A stretch of DNA of 63,602 nt, counting the filler, from Octopus bimaculoides (Eukaryota): NCBI RefSeq assembly GCF_001194135.2. It is 6 parts of 5 records of this genome, joined end to end, with 100 filler letters (N's around TTAATTAATTAA, not from the genome) between each part and the next. Parts side by side here need not be neighbours in the genome. Positions count along the whole stretch, not along the records: positions 24,965 to 37,940 come from NC_068986.1; positions 38,041 to 49,283 come from NC_068993.1; positions 49,384 to 59,534 come from NC_068986.1; 3 more parts are not named here. One strand, 5' to 3'. Of this stretch, positions 37,859 to 51,599 are shown one piece after another. The notes under the pieces are model-generated. The model made no database searches, was not told where the DNA came from, and saw only the letters and a program-made list of their open reading frames with translations. Made by a program: the position numbers and the translations under genes. Positions within the stretch are counted from its first letter, which is position 1, and each line of letters opens with the position of its first letter.

Positions 37859-39071
37859 AGTGATGATGATGATGATGACAACATTGACGACAACGATGAT
37901 GATGACGAAGTTGATGATGATGATGATGATGATGATAATGNNNNNNNNNNNNNNNNNNNNNNNNNNNNNNNNNNNNNNNNNNNNTTAATTAATTAANNNN
38001 NNNNNNNNNNNNNNNNNNNNNNNNNNNNNNNNNNNNNNNNATAATATATATATATATTATATATGTATGTATGTATGTATGTATGCATGTATATATGTGA
38101 GATAATTGTTTCACCTTTGACTCAATACTGAAATAGTGGAGAAGATATGATATTGCTCTGGGCTCGCACTAGGCGAGAAGTGAAAAACTTTTTGGGCCTA
38201 TGACACTACATAGACCCTAAGTAAGGCATGTGTAAAACTTGAATGAAATTGGTTGTGTAGTTCTCAAGTTTTAGGGATTCAACCAGACATATACAGAGAG
38301 GCAGACAGACACACATTCTCATTTTATATATATATATATATNNNNNNNNNNNNNNNNNNNNNNNNNNNNNNNNNNNNNNNNNNNNNNNNNNNNNNNNNNN
38401 NNNNNNNNNNNNNNNNNNNNNNNNNNNNNNNNNNNNNNNNNNNNNNNNNNNNNNNNNNNNNNNNNNNNNNNNNNNNNNNNNNNNNNNNNNNNNNNNNNNN
38501 NNNNNNNNNNNNNNNNNNNNNNNNNNNNNNNNNNNNNNNNNNNNNNNNNNNNNNNNNNNNNNNNNNNNNNNNNNNNNNNNNNNNNNNNNNNNNNNNNNNN
38601 NNNNNNNNNNNNNNNNNNNNNNNNNNNNNNNNNNNNNNNNNNNNNNNNNNNNNNNNNNNNNNNNNNNNNNNNNNNNNNNNNNNNNNNNNNNNNNNNNNNN
38701 NNNNNNNNNNNNNNNNNNNNNNNNNNNNNNNNNNNNNNNNNNNNNNNNNNNNNNNNNNNNNNNNNNNNNNNNNNNNNNNNNNNNNNNNNNNNNNNNNNNN
38801 NNNNNNNNNNNNNNNNNNNNNNNNNNNNNNNNNNNNNNNNNNNNNNNNNNNNNNNNNNNNNNNNNNNNNNNNNNNNNNNNNNNNNNNNNNNNNNNNNNNN
38901 NNNNNNNNNNNNNNNNNNNNNNNNNNNNNNNNNNNNNNNNNNNNNNNNNNNNNNNNNNNNNNNNNNNNNNNNNNNNNNNNNNNNNNNNNNNNNNNNNNNN
39001 NNNNNNNNNNNNNNNNNNNNNNNNNNNNNNNNNNNNNNNNNNNNNNNNNNTATATATATATATGTATGTTA

Positions 39072-39109
<38 letters not shown>

Positions 39110-39881
39110 GCGCGCACACACACACGCACCTGCTTGTGTGTAAGAGGCTAATTGTACGCTAGGATAGCGTTTGTGTGTGTGTGTATGTGTGTGTGTGTGT
39201 GTGTGTGAATTCAGACAAAGAAGGCACAAACGCCACAAGTCAGACAACAAAGTATTCTCCAGCTCTCCCCTCAATGGAGGAACGGAGAAAATAAACAGCC
39301 GCAACTGTTTAATCACTCTCTCCTTCGCTCCCTCTTCCTCTTTCTCTCTCTCTCGTCTTCTTCCTCCTCCCTTCCTTGACATACTTATTCAAATATATAC
39401 GATTACATAAACCTATATACGCACATATATATATCTATGTACGTGTGTATATGTGTCAGTGAATGCGCACACATACATTTACCCGCATGCACTCACAAAA
39501 GATGTAAACATATGCACGCGCGCACGTGCGTATAGACGTACGCGCATGCCTGAGCTTAGGAGTGGCTTTGTGGTTAGGAAATTACCTCACGGTTACGTTC
39601 GATTCTGTTGCATAGTATTTTTGGTCATGTGTTTTCAACCATGGTCCCCGATTGATCATTTTGCATGAGTAAAGGTGGTGAGCTGGCAGAGACGTTAGCA
39701 TGGCGGGTAAAATTCTTAGAGTCTGTCTTAACTAATGTTCTGAGTTCAAATTCCGCCGAGGTTGAATTTACATTTCACCCTTTCGGAGCCGATAAAATAC
39801 TACCAGTCGATTACATCGACTTACTTCATCTTTTTGAACTTGCTGGCCTAATGTTTGAGTATGTATATGTGTGTATGAGTT

Positions 39882-39923
<42 letters not shown>

Positions 39924-40190
39924 AGTGGAGGGAGAAAGGGAAAGGGAGAGAGAAATAGAGAAAGTGGAGGGAGAGAGGGAAAGGGAGAGAGAGGGAAAGG
40001 GAGAGAGAGAGAGAGAAAGTGGAGGGAGAGAAGGAAAGGGAGAGAGGGAGAGAGAGAGAGAGAGAGAAAGTGGAGGGAGAGNNNNNNNNNNAGAGAGAAA
40101 GTGGAGGGAGAGAAGGAAAGGGAGAGAGGGAGAGAGAGAGAGAGAGAGAAAGTGGAGGGAGAGAGGGAAAGGGAGAGAAGAAGAGAAAGA

Positions 40191-40228
<38 letters not shown>

Positions 40229-40579
40229 AAGAGAATCTGATGTAATTTATGCTGTTAATGTTCCGCTTCAATTGTTGCTAGTCAACACCTGTTGAAAATA
40301 CCTTAGCAGGGGAGAGGGTCGGGTCGTTGTTCTGTGAAAGAAAGACTAAGCGGAGTGTTTAGCAAGGGGTACAGTTCGGCGTCGATGACACAGCATAAGT
40401 AATGAGAGGAGGAGGGAAGAGTGGTGAGGCAGTCCTTGTTTGGGAGTTGACACGGGTCGAACCGATTCTGAGGAACAGAATAGATCGATCCCAGTATTTA
40501 TTTTAAAATCTGGTACTCAGTTTCTCAGGTTCTTATTGACGGGGTCGTAAACGAACCAACACTGGTTGTCAAGCGTTGG

Positions 40580-41270
40580 TGCTACGTTTTCTGATCGCAT
40601 GTATTTCGTTTTTATGTGATTCAGCTTTTGACTTACCGCTGAGTAATGGGTCTCCAACACAGTCACCATGGTCTGCAGCTGATCTGTTATTTCAGAAATG
40701 TGCAATTTCATCTGTGAATTGGAGCAATTACAATAGCTCGCCGTTGATGTTCACACTAACAGTCCAGCCAACGTCTCTGATGACCATTTCTAAACATGAG
40801 GGGAAGAGCTTTGGAGACATGGCCTCTCCTTGTTTGACGCTATTCTCAATTGGAACTCTTATATATATATATATATATGACCGGCTTCTACACATTTTCC
40901 GTCTACGAAATTCACTCACAAAACTTAGAAGACATTTGCCTAATGTACCGCACAGTGTAACTGAACCCGAATCCATGTGGTTTCAAAGCGAGTTTCTTAA
41001 GCACACCCTGACCATGCTTGGTCACGTGAAATCACGTGAATCAATCGAGTCTCCATTCTTTGTGTGGGGTTCAGGATGTCTCAACGTGTGTAAGTAGCAG
41101 CAACGTCCCAGGTGTAAGAGCAATATTCTACTGAGAATTTCATCTGAGCTTTGTTGGTTGTCAACAAATGTTGGAGGCTGAAGTAACTTCTGGCCCTTAA
41201 AAGAGGTGTCAGTCTTTAGGATGTTGTCCTGCATGCTAAGTGAGTGTTTTCGTCAGGAAAATCCTTGATA
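40580..41270 (-). mobile_element. RTE LINE RT fragment interleaved with SINE halves
   Basis: RVPIENSVKQGEAMSPKLFPSCLEMVIRDVGW...NINGELL and ISEITDQLQTMVTVL...NHIKTKYM, similar to the RT at 50-890. Confidence 0.75.
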
Positions 41271-44200
41271 ATCATGATACCTAATATTGGTTTCAAATTC
41301 TGGCACAAGCCCAGCAATTTCAGAGGAGGGACTAAGTAGATTAAATCGATCCCAGTGCTCAACTGATACTTATTTTATCGATTCCGAAAGGATGAAAGGC
41401 AAGGTCGACGTCGGTGGAATTTGAACTCAGAACACGAAGACGGACGAAATGTCGCTATGCAATTTGCCCGGCGTGCTAACGATGTTGCCAGCTCACCACC
41501 TTAGGTGATGCCTAATATTTATAGAGACGTGAAGGCTCCAGTTGAAGCTGTGTGATACACGACAGCATCCGTGGAAGTTCGGATGGTGGCTTTGCAAGAG
41601 TTGCGATGCTGGATAAAAGTTGTTCTGGGTTTTGTAGTGCATGAGATTCTCCAAATATTGAAGGCAGAGATTTTTGCTTAAACGGCTGTAGTCCAGCTAT
41701 CAGCGAAACACATGGAAGGAGGAAAGACATAGAAATTTTATTGCGTATGGTATGAGCAGGATCAGAATAGTTTCAGTCACCCGCCTAGCTGCCTCTGATC
41801 AGTGCGCGCGTATTGTGTGTATGTGTATAGTTAAGGTGATGGACTAGCTGGTGTGTGCAGTATATCCTTTATTTATTGATATTACCTCCCTAATGTAAAA
41901 AAAAAGAAAGAAAATGGTTGTTGTTAGCTCCCTCCATTTCTGATTCATTCGAAACTACAGTTTAACCCTAGGGATCCAGAAAGATAGTCCAGGGGGTGCG
42001 CTAGCTTAGTTTAAAAAAAAAACCCTAGGGTCTGTAGGAAAATGCATTTAAACAAAAGGTTACCACATTTCTGAATGGGTTGGGAATTGGTACTTTAACC
42101 TTTTGAACGTGGAAAGAGTACATATTCGCTCAAAATTTTATTACCGTTAACTGCAGCAAAGCGATTATCCTCCAGAGCTTTGAAGCAAAGGCACTCCGAG
42201 AGACACTTTCTACAAAACACAATTTTTTCAGATTTTCTTAACTATGTCACATAAAATCAAATGCTTTTAGTAGTGGTTATGAAAACCCTACGTATAGAAG
42301 ATCAGGGAAAAGTACTGCAGATGCAGAAAATAAAAGCCCTAATTTTTGCTGGATAATTAACATCATTACGGGAATGGCGATTAAATTTAATTATGCTGAC
42401 ATTATCTGTTATTTTATCAATAAGTCTACCTTCTCCTTCTGCTTTACTTCCATCATTTCTCTTTCACGACATCTTCCTCCCATGTGACCATTCATGTCCT
42501 CATTAAATCTATCCCTCAACTTCAGTTTCACACTTTCTTTCCTCGTTGTCAATCGAAGCGTATTATCCTGCACTCCTCATGCCAAATAAACTTTCTACAT
42601 ACAAATAATCTGGTATTCATATCAAGTGATGTTTTTTTTTTGCTGATGTGGACTATCACTAGTGCAACCAGATTCCAGATTTTACACTATTATAACATTA
42701 TGTATATCTAATAATATACTTAACCATCCGTAGGATGTTGGATTGGCAGAATCAATGCAGTATCTATTTTATATATACGTGGTGCGACTGAAAAAAACTC
42801 CTACATTTTACAAGCTCACGAAAGTTTCAATAGCAAACTCGCTGCATGCACTAGTTCAAACTATGATGGTACTCTTTGCTCTCTCTCTTTTACTCTTTTA
42901 CTTGTTTCAGTCATTTGACTGTGGCCATACTGAAGCACCGCCTTTAGTCGAGCAAATCGACTCCGGGACTTATTCTTTGTAAGCCTAGTACTTATTCTTC
43001 CAGTCTCTTTTGCCGAACCGCTAAGTGACGGGGACATAAACACACCAGCATCGGTTGTCAAGCAATGCTAGGGGGACAAACACAGACACACACACACACA
43101 CACAAATATATATATATATATACATATATACGACGGGCTTCTTTCAGTTTCCGTCTACTAAATCCACTCACAAGGCTTTGGTCGGTCCGAGGCTATAGCA
43201 GAAAACACTTGCTCAAGATGCCACACAGTGGGACTGAACCCGGAACCATGTGGCTGGTAAGCAAGCTACTTACCACACAGCCACTCCTGCGAGCTAAAAA
43301 ATGGGAAAAAGCAGTAAGAACTTCGCTACATAAAGGCACAGTTATTATTTGCTTAATTTTACAGCAATGGCCGTGTATTATAGAAGTTTTCCAACCGCAG
43401 CCCGTAGAAACAGGAACTAAAACATTGGAGGCGCCCCTAGCGTGCGCACACACACATAAGCACACAGACGCGAAACTAGGAGCATCGAGAATGCGTAATC
43501 ATCATGTCTTCATTGCTATTCATATTAAGTCTAACATATAAAGTATTTTTAAGGTGGCGAGCAGGCAGAATTGTTAGCACGCAGGGCAAAATGCTTAGCG
43601 GCATTTCGTCCGTCTTTACATTCTAAGTTCAAATTCCACCGAGGTCGACTTTACTTTTCACCCTTTTGGTAAGGTCGATGTAATCGACTCACCCCCGTCC
43701 TGAAATTTCTGGTTTTGTACCAAAATCTGAAACCTATATACAAAGGACATTTAAGTTTGTGTGTTCATTATATGTGTATGTATGTATGTGTGAATCTATA
43801 TACGTGTATCTATACGGTGTTAGTGTGCCTGTCACATACACAGATGTATATATACTTTCTCTTTTGCTACTCAATCTTTTTGGTCTAATCACTATTTTAC
43901 TTTATCGTATTTTCTTTCTGATCTCTCATTACCTCTTACTGTAACTCTTACCTCCCTCTCTCTCTTCTTTCGCTCCTCCTGTCTCTGTCTGCCAGTCTGT
44001 CTCTATCTCTCTCTCTCTCTTAAAAAAAATCTATTTATGTTTCGCATTCTCTTGCCACCACCCTCCACCTATTGCTAATCTTTTTCTCTTCCTCTGCACC
44101 CTCTTCACAGCTGTCTCTCTTACTCTCATTTTTATCCATTCACTTTGTCTGTCCGCCATTTTTCACTCTCCGTCACTATCTTCTGTTCCTCTTTCTCCGT

Positions 44201-44860
44201 AACACATATGCACGCACACACAAACTCGCACACATACACATACAAACCCACCCTTTCTCTCTTTCCCTCTTTCACTTTCTTTTTCTCTGATACATTTTTC
44301 AGTTTCTCTAGCATCTTTCTCTATTCCTCCACAACACCTACCAGCGCAAACTTATAAACAAACACTCCCTCAGACGCACATACTCAAATATTTACACATA
44401 CAATCTCTCTCCTCTCTCTCCCTCCCTCTCACTCCCTTTTCCTCTTTCTCTCTCTCTCTCTCTCATTCACACACATACACACACACACACACATTTCGTG
44501 TCTCCTTTCTTTGGCGGGTTTTTCTTTGTCTTTCAACTCGCCGTTCAGTCAAGTAATCAAACACTTTTCCTCCATGTACCCGGATATTTAGGACTGCTAC
44601 CCTCATATGGCATTGGTCAGGATCATCATTTCCTTCACACCAAACAAGGTGAATTGTTGCTGTTGCTTTATTTCGGATCCCTCTCCACCAACTGAGTAAG
44701 AACTATGATCAAAGTGGTTAAGAAGGTCATTTTGCAACCACGTGGTTTCGGATTCGGTCCTACTGTGTGACGGCTTGGGCTAGTGTTTTCTACAGTAGGC
44801 TTAGACTGCCCAATGCATTGTGAGTTAATCTGGTAGACGGAAACTGTGTGGAGGCCCATT

Positions 44861-44907
<47 letters not shown>

Positions 44908-46281
44908 TCTACACCCCACTGCTTGACAGCCGGTGTTGGGTTATGTACGTGCCCATAACTTACCACTTAGGCAAAAGAGGACGATTGAATAAGTATCAGA
45001 TGAAAAAATAACTACTGAGGTTGAATTGATCAACTAAACTCTTCAAGACGGCACTCCTTCATGGCCGCTGTCCAATAACGGAAACAAGAAAAAGACAAAA
45101 GATAAAAGATCTTGTCTTATAGGGGTACTTATGACTTCTTATTTTTAAGACAGTTTAGTGTTATCTAAGGAATTTGGCTGCTTTAGCTGGCAGGTCAAGC
45201 AGCAACATAAAGGTTCCATTGTTGACTTCTGAGTGAATTCAGTAAAAGTTTACAATGGTGTACTTCAGAAAACCCTCACAATCTCTTATGCGGTGATGCA
45301 GAAAAATCCTAGGAAGTTAACAATGCTCCACATTAGGAAATTGTAATCAGAAAATGTTCCCAAATTGTGATTATTCTTAGTTATGTTAACTGTTATGCTG
45401 AGGTGGTGTAATAAGAGTGAAACATTTTCTCTACTTTCAGCTTTAATGATTACACGTACTTTTGGGCAAATAGACATCAAAAGATAAATTTAGTTCATTA
45501 CCCACCACCATTAATTAATGGTGGTTGGTAATGGACTAAATTTATCTCAAACAGTTACGAGGCAATGTGGTCTAAACAAAAATAAGCGGACTGACTGAGT
45601 CGTTAAAGCATCGAACAAAATACTTTTCTTCTGGCTTCTTGCGTTCCGAGTCCAAATTCTGCCGAAGTCAACTTTGTATCGCAGCCTTTCAGGGGTCGAG
45701 ATAAAAAGTACCACTCTAGGATGATGGACTGGCAGAATCTTCAGAGTATCGGATGGGATGCCCTTCTCTGTTTGTTCCGGCTGTTTGCATTCGAAGTTCA
45801 AATCCTGTCGCGTATTGCTTCGGAGACAGACCTTAATTCATCTCCTGGTTTAAAACCAGGATCTGGTCCTTAGCCTAAGCAGAATTAACTCAAGTTTCAA
45901 GTATTCAGGCCAAGTTTCTGGTTTGAGGATACCCTATTCTCTCCCTCCTATATGTCTCCGAGGCCCAGAAGAAGTCATGCGTAATAGCTTTTTTGCCTAA
46001 GGGAACTATATATNNNNNNNNNNNNNNNNNNNNNNNNNNNNNNNNNNNNNNNNNNNNNNNNNNNNNNNNNNNNNNNNNNNNNNNNNNNNNNNNNNNNNNN
46101 NNNNNNNNNNNNNNNNNNNNNNNNNNNNNNNNNNNNNNNNNNNNNNNNNNNNNNNNNNNNNNNNNNNNNNNNNNNNNNNNNNNNNNNNNNNNNNNNNNNN
46201 NNNNNNNNNNNNNNNNNNNNNNNNNNNNNNNNNNNNNNNNNNNNNNNNNNNNNNNNNNNNNNNNNNNNNNNNNNNNNNNNN

Positions 46282-46316
<35 letters not shown>

Positions 46317-46714
46317 CTGCATGAAATATATAAAAATAATGATGAATGCACACGAAGTTGTAGATAATGAAGAAAATGAATAACAACAATAATGACGTAA
46401 TATAAATAAAATGTCAAACGCTTTAGTGCATGGTTTTTTAGCCCACCCTGTATTTATACTCAGGGATATGCTGATGCACATACAGATAAGGAGATCAAGG
46501 CTAATAAACCTGATAGTGATTGTTAAGGACCACCTGGAAAAAGAAATGCCTCCCGACACACTTATCAGTCTCAACAGATGAAGGTGTATCTGTAAAGCAA
46601 ATTGAGAAACAGAGTTAACCTGCATGTAGCTTCTGAGAGGAAGAAATGATCTGTGTTAGAATATGTGTTTCGAAACTAATAAAAGAAGCAGAGACCAAAA
46701 TGCAGAACTAACAA

Positions 46715-46880
46715 ATGTGCATAATCTACAGAAAATGGCACTGCTATGCACTATACACATATTGCGCGGAGCACTTACAGCGTTGTAACAATAACACCAA
46801 AAAACACCACAGCAGATATCCAAGGCACACAGAACTGAGCTCCTTAGTGCAATGAAAGCAGGGAATACAAACATGACTAA
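46715..46880 (+). mobile_element. Dong/R4-type LINE 3' end relic
   Basis: HNLQKMALLCTIHILRGAL resembles the C-terminal LQK.ALLGT.HILRK.L motif of R4/Dong elements. It is followed by a short UTR and a long (TAA)n tract. Confidence 0.5.
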
Positions 46881-46982
46881 ATAATAATAATAATGATAAT
46901 AATAATAATAATAATAATAATGATAATAATAATAATAATGATGATGGTGATGATCATGATGGTGATGATGATGATGATGATA

Positions 46983-47026
<44 letters not shown>

Positions 47027-47071
47027 AACCATGATGGTGATGATGATGATGATGATGATAACAATAATAAT

Positions 47072-47113
<42 letters not shown>

Positions 47114-47377
47114 TATTATTATTATTATTATTATTATTATAACGAAAAATGTTATCATCAGTGATAAGAAAGCATAAATATAATTGAATATAGCAAAATT
47201 TTAAATTTGTAACACATGTTTAAATTTGTTGCTTGTCAAAAAGGAAAGATATTTGAAACAAAAAAAAAAAGTATTTTACACACAAAGGTTGGAAGTAATC
47301 ATATAGCATTTTATTGCCTTAAAAGTGCGTGAGTTTTATATTAATTTTAATGCGTTTCTGTATTTATTTATATAATT

Positions 47378-47723
47378 ATTTTTGAAAATTAGTGATCTTC
47401 CATTGACGAAAATGTGTTTAACATGGTAAAGATTTAAATATGGCAGGAAAACGAAATAAAAAGCAATTAAACAGTAAAGTATTTACTGATGTATCTAAAT
47501 TAATTGCAAAACAAATTATTGTTTTCCGTGGCTTTGCCTTATTTGAATTTATTTTTGAAAATTAGTGATCTTCCATTGAGGAAAATGTGTTTAATATGGT
47601 AAAGATTTGAATATGGCAGGAAAACGAAATAAAAAAGCAGTTAAACAGCAAAGTATTTACTAATGTATCTAAATTAATTGCAAAACAAATTATTGCTTTC
47701 TAGGGCTTTAGTTTATTTGAAAT
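47378..47723. repeat. Tandem duplication, 2 x ~173 bp
   Basis: atttttgaaaattagtgatcttccattga... starts at about 47378 and again at 47551, with high but imperfect identity. Confidence 0.9.
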
Positions 47724-48299
47724 GTAACAAGAGTTTACCTATTAATTCAACAACGCTTAGGTTTGTAGCATATCTACTATTTACAATGCGCTACAAAATT
47801 ATTGATCTAATCCCTTTTAATTTCATTAAGAATAATTGAAAAATGTTTCGTTCTATGTCTCAGCTGGAGATTTTATTCTAAGTTGTCTTGTTTCAGTCAA
47901 TGGACCGCTGCCTTGCTGGAGCACCACTTTCGAGGGTTTTAGTCGAACAGATCAACACCTTTAATTACTTTTTAAGTTAGGTACGCATTTCATTCGTCTT
48001 TTTTACTGAACCACTAAGTTACAGAGACATAAACAAACTAACTTCGATTGTCAAAGACAAACACACAGTCACACACGCGCGCACGTATACGTAAGACAAG
48101 CTTTTTTTCAGTTTCCGTCTGCCAGATCCGCTCACATGTTTTTGGTGTCCGAGGCTGAAAAAGAAGCTTGTCCAAAGTGTTGCGCAGTGATCCTGAACTC
48201 AGGACCTCATGCTCGGCGTCTAAGATACAAGCTTTTTACCCACAGAGTCCTGTCTGCGCAAAGATTATAAAATTGTACGACCCTACATCCATCGATTGT

Positions 48300-48990
48300 A
48301 ATATCACTTGTACAAAATAATATCTCCGTAATATCACTTGTGCGTGTCAATCCAGTTCATAACAATTATGAAAAATAGAGGTGACAATACGCACCCCTGC
48401 TGAAGTCCAACACCTGCATCGAAAAGTTACGACTTAACACAATTTATCCAAACACAAACATCAAAGAATTTGTATAGCAACTTCACGGCAACTAGAAGTT
48501 GCCCATTAATCTCAAACTCCTGCAAGATTCCTCACAGCAGCCTTACTACATTTGTACGTTTTAGTTATCTGCATGACTTCAACACCCGTGAGATTAGTTT
48601 CCGCCCATAGACGCACCTCACGTCCACCAGAAGATTTTATTGTGACTAGATTTAGGAGATCAGAAAAGTATTGTCTGTGGAGAGAACTCCAGCTGAGCTC
48701 TTAATAGCAGGTATAGAAGAGTGCATCTTGTTGCGAAGTCGGCGAATGGTTTGCCAAAGTATTTTATCGGACAATTTAAAGTTAGAGTCCATTATAACCC
48801 CAGACACCTCCCATGACCTAGCCTTGGATGATTTCACTGCCCCCTGCAGCAACTTTTCATGCCCCAGTGTACCGCACGCGCTAAAGGGAAAACTTATTTC
48901 CAAGCCAAGCTTTGTCAGCCTCCCTCTTTGCTCTAATGACATCTTTAACTTTCTGGCTTTCTTGACTGAAGACGGAGGCCAGTAATGTAA
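48300..48990 (-). mobile_element. RTE LINE relic (Expander-like)
   Basis: KILWQTIRRLR...IKSSAGVLST linker and GVGLQQGCVLSP RT motif on the minus strand. Confidence 0.7.
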
Positions 48991-49247
48991 ACATTTATGG
49001 TTGAGGGTAATGTTTATGCTACTGGTTGCATATCCTTTTATATTTTGCACACCTCCACTTATCAACTTTACAATTATTACGTGATTCCGAGCCCCCAGAA
49101 ACAGGTGTCGAACCTGAAATACCATGCCTTCTCTCCTTATTTTCCTATATTTTTTGTACTGTATGTAATTCTCTTCTGTAAATGTATAAGTAACTATATT
49201 CTTATGCATGAATGTTCATCTTCCGAATATTATCAGTTTATGTTTCT

Positions 49248-49283
<36 letters not shown>

Positions 49284-50333
49284 NNNNNNNNNNNNNNNNN
49301 NNNNNNNNNNNNNNNNNNNNNNNNNNNTTAATTAATTAANNNNNNNNNNNNNNNNNNNNNNNNNNNNNNNNNNNNNNNNNNNNATATATATATATATACA
49401 CTAATATTTACAGTGCTTAAGAGTTTACACTGGTGGCAACCAAATTCTCCACCATGTTAAAAACGAAGTTGAACTATGAAGTTCACTCAAAGTCTGGTTG
49501 TGCTGATTGTTCCTTGTAAGATGTCTTCTGGCAGAGAATTTTGTGCTTATCACACAAAAGCTCTAGATTAGATAGACTACATGAGGGAATGATGGGGCGA
49601 ACAAATGGTGAAATTTTTTGATGGGTAATTATAGGTAAGGGTTGACATAATCGTGTAACTTGTTCCGGTGATCATCAGAAAATGCTGAACCGAGTCATTT
49701 TTACCATTGTTTCTAGATGTTCCAATTAGGCGAAGCCTTTGACAGGATGGTGTAATATAAGAAAAGCATTTAAGATTAGTTAGGCGGATCGCGAAAAGAA
49801 CAGTCTAATGAATGATTTTTTTGTGTCACATACTAAAAGAATAGACCAATTGTATTTTAATATGCATAGGAAATATATACACCTGCATTTCTATTCTCAA
49901 AATTTAAACTCTTTTGACCTTTGAAAAATATAGATATCCAGTTTACATATAGTAAATTTCGTAGACAATCAAAGTATTACTAGTACAAAATAAACAAAAA
50001 GCATAAATGACATAATTTTTGTTAGAAAATTAAAAAAATGTTATTGTATATACAATTTCATTCAGCATATTTAATCTTTTATATTGAACACTCAATATTT
50101 CATATATTCAATAAGACATATTCCATATATTCAATAAGACATTCAATACTTCATTTCATTGTACCATCCATTTTTATATTATATATTATATATTCCATAT
50201 TCTATATCCCACATTAATTTTACAAGAATATAAATAAAACATAAAAAACAGACAGAGCTGGAACTCTTTTAATAAAATAATATATTCCTCTATACACGAT
50301 CATACAAAACCCCATTTTTTGTATTTATTTTTA

Positions 50334-50454
<121 letters not shown>

Positions 50455-50459
50455 GTAGG

Positions 50460-50830
50460 GCGGGTAAAATTCCCGAGATCCATGGAGGAGTTCTCTTCAG
50501 TGGTCCTTGTCCCTCATCATCGCTGCTATGTCCTGCGTTTCTCAGAAACCAGTGTCTGTCCTTAGGACATCAACATATGTCATCCTTGGTTTCCCTTCTC
50601 TAGTGTATCCATGTAGAGGCTCCCACAGGAGCACTGAATGTAGTATCAACCGTGAATGACGGTGAACATATCCAGCTAACCTCTATCTCCACTGTGTTAT
50701 CTTCGAGCTAACTTTTGGGAGGCTCTCACACAGCTCTGAGTGCTTCATCCTCAGTGTATACTGATTAATGATCAGAACCAACCTCAAAATTCACGTGTAG
50801 CATCCATCCACCATCTGAGTGAGTTTCTTG
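50460..50830 (-). mobile_element. RTE-type LINE C-terminal relic
   Basis: LLWEPLHGYTREGKPRMTYVDVLRTDTG...MRDKDH* matches an RTE C-terminal pattern. Confidence 0.65.
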
Positions 50831-51599
50831 ATCAAATCTCAAACCCATAAATACAGAGCGAAAGATTATTATTAATAGCAGAAAATATTATTACGCTCAT
50901 TTATCAAAAATATACCTTAATTCAATTTTTTTGGTAGCTATGAAAATTACTCCCCAAGCATTTAGTTGATATGTTTAATAGTGACAATATTTTTTTTTAC
51001 GCCAAAACATCAGAGGCCCAAAACATTGGACATCAAATAAATTCAGCACCGTAGATTCCAAATCGAAACATCCGAAAGCCCTAAATTTTGTATCTTACAG
51101 CAAATAAGTCTCGGACAGGTACATCAATACTGAAATTGGCTTTTCTATAATCTCAGTGAAATATATTTTTAAATACTTATGTAAACGATATGATTGCGTG
51201 TACATGCAAATATAAGAAGGTAATATTATTATCGATGATGGTGTGCATAAATGCTATTATATAAGCACTCACGGAGAAATATAGAGATTGCTGTAATGTA
51301 AAATGTGTGATAGATTACAGGCAGTGATTTTTCTCTCCATACATCTTAAACTGAACGTTCAGTTTATATTCTATAAAGTGGTGGAAGGGATAGAAGCCCC
51401 TCCCTCATGAGGAAAGAGCTTCTGTCAGAGCAAATGAAGCCGATAAAGCTGTTAGATAGTATCTCTCCTCCTAAATTACCTATGGTTATTATCGTTGAGA
51501 AAAGAATAACAGCATATTAAAGAAGAATATTTGGAAGTGATAAGATAACCACGTGAATGTATGCATTTGAACATCAGATAGTTATTGTTGTCAACTAGT

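Noticed and set aside
37577-37996. Poly-Asp/poly-Ser/poly-Met ORFs
   Set aside because: Translations of a (GAT)n microsatellite next to a SINE.
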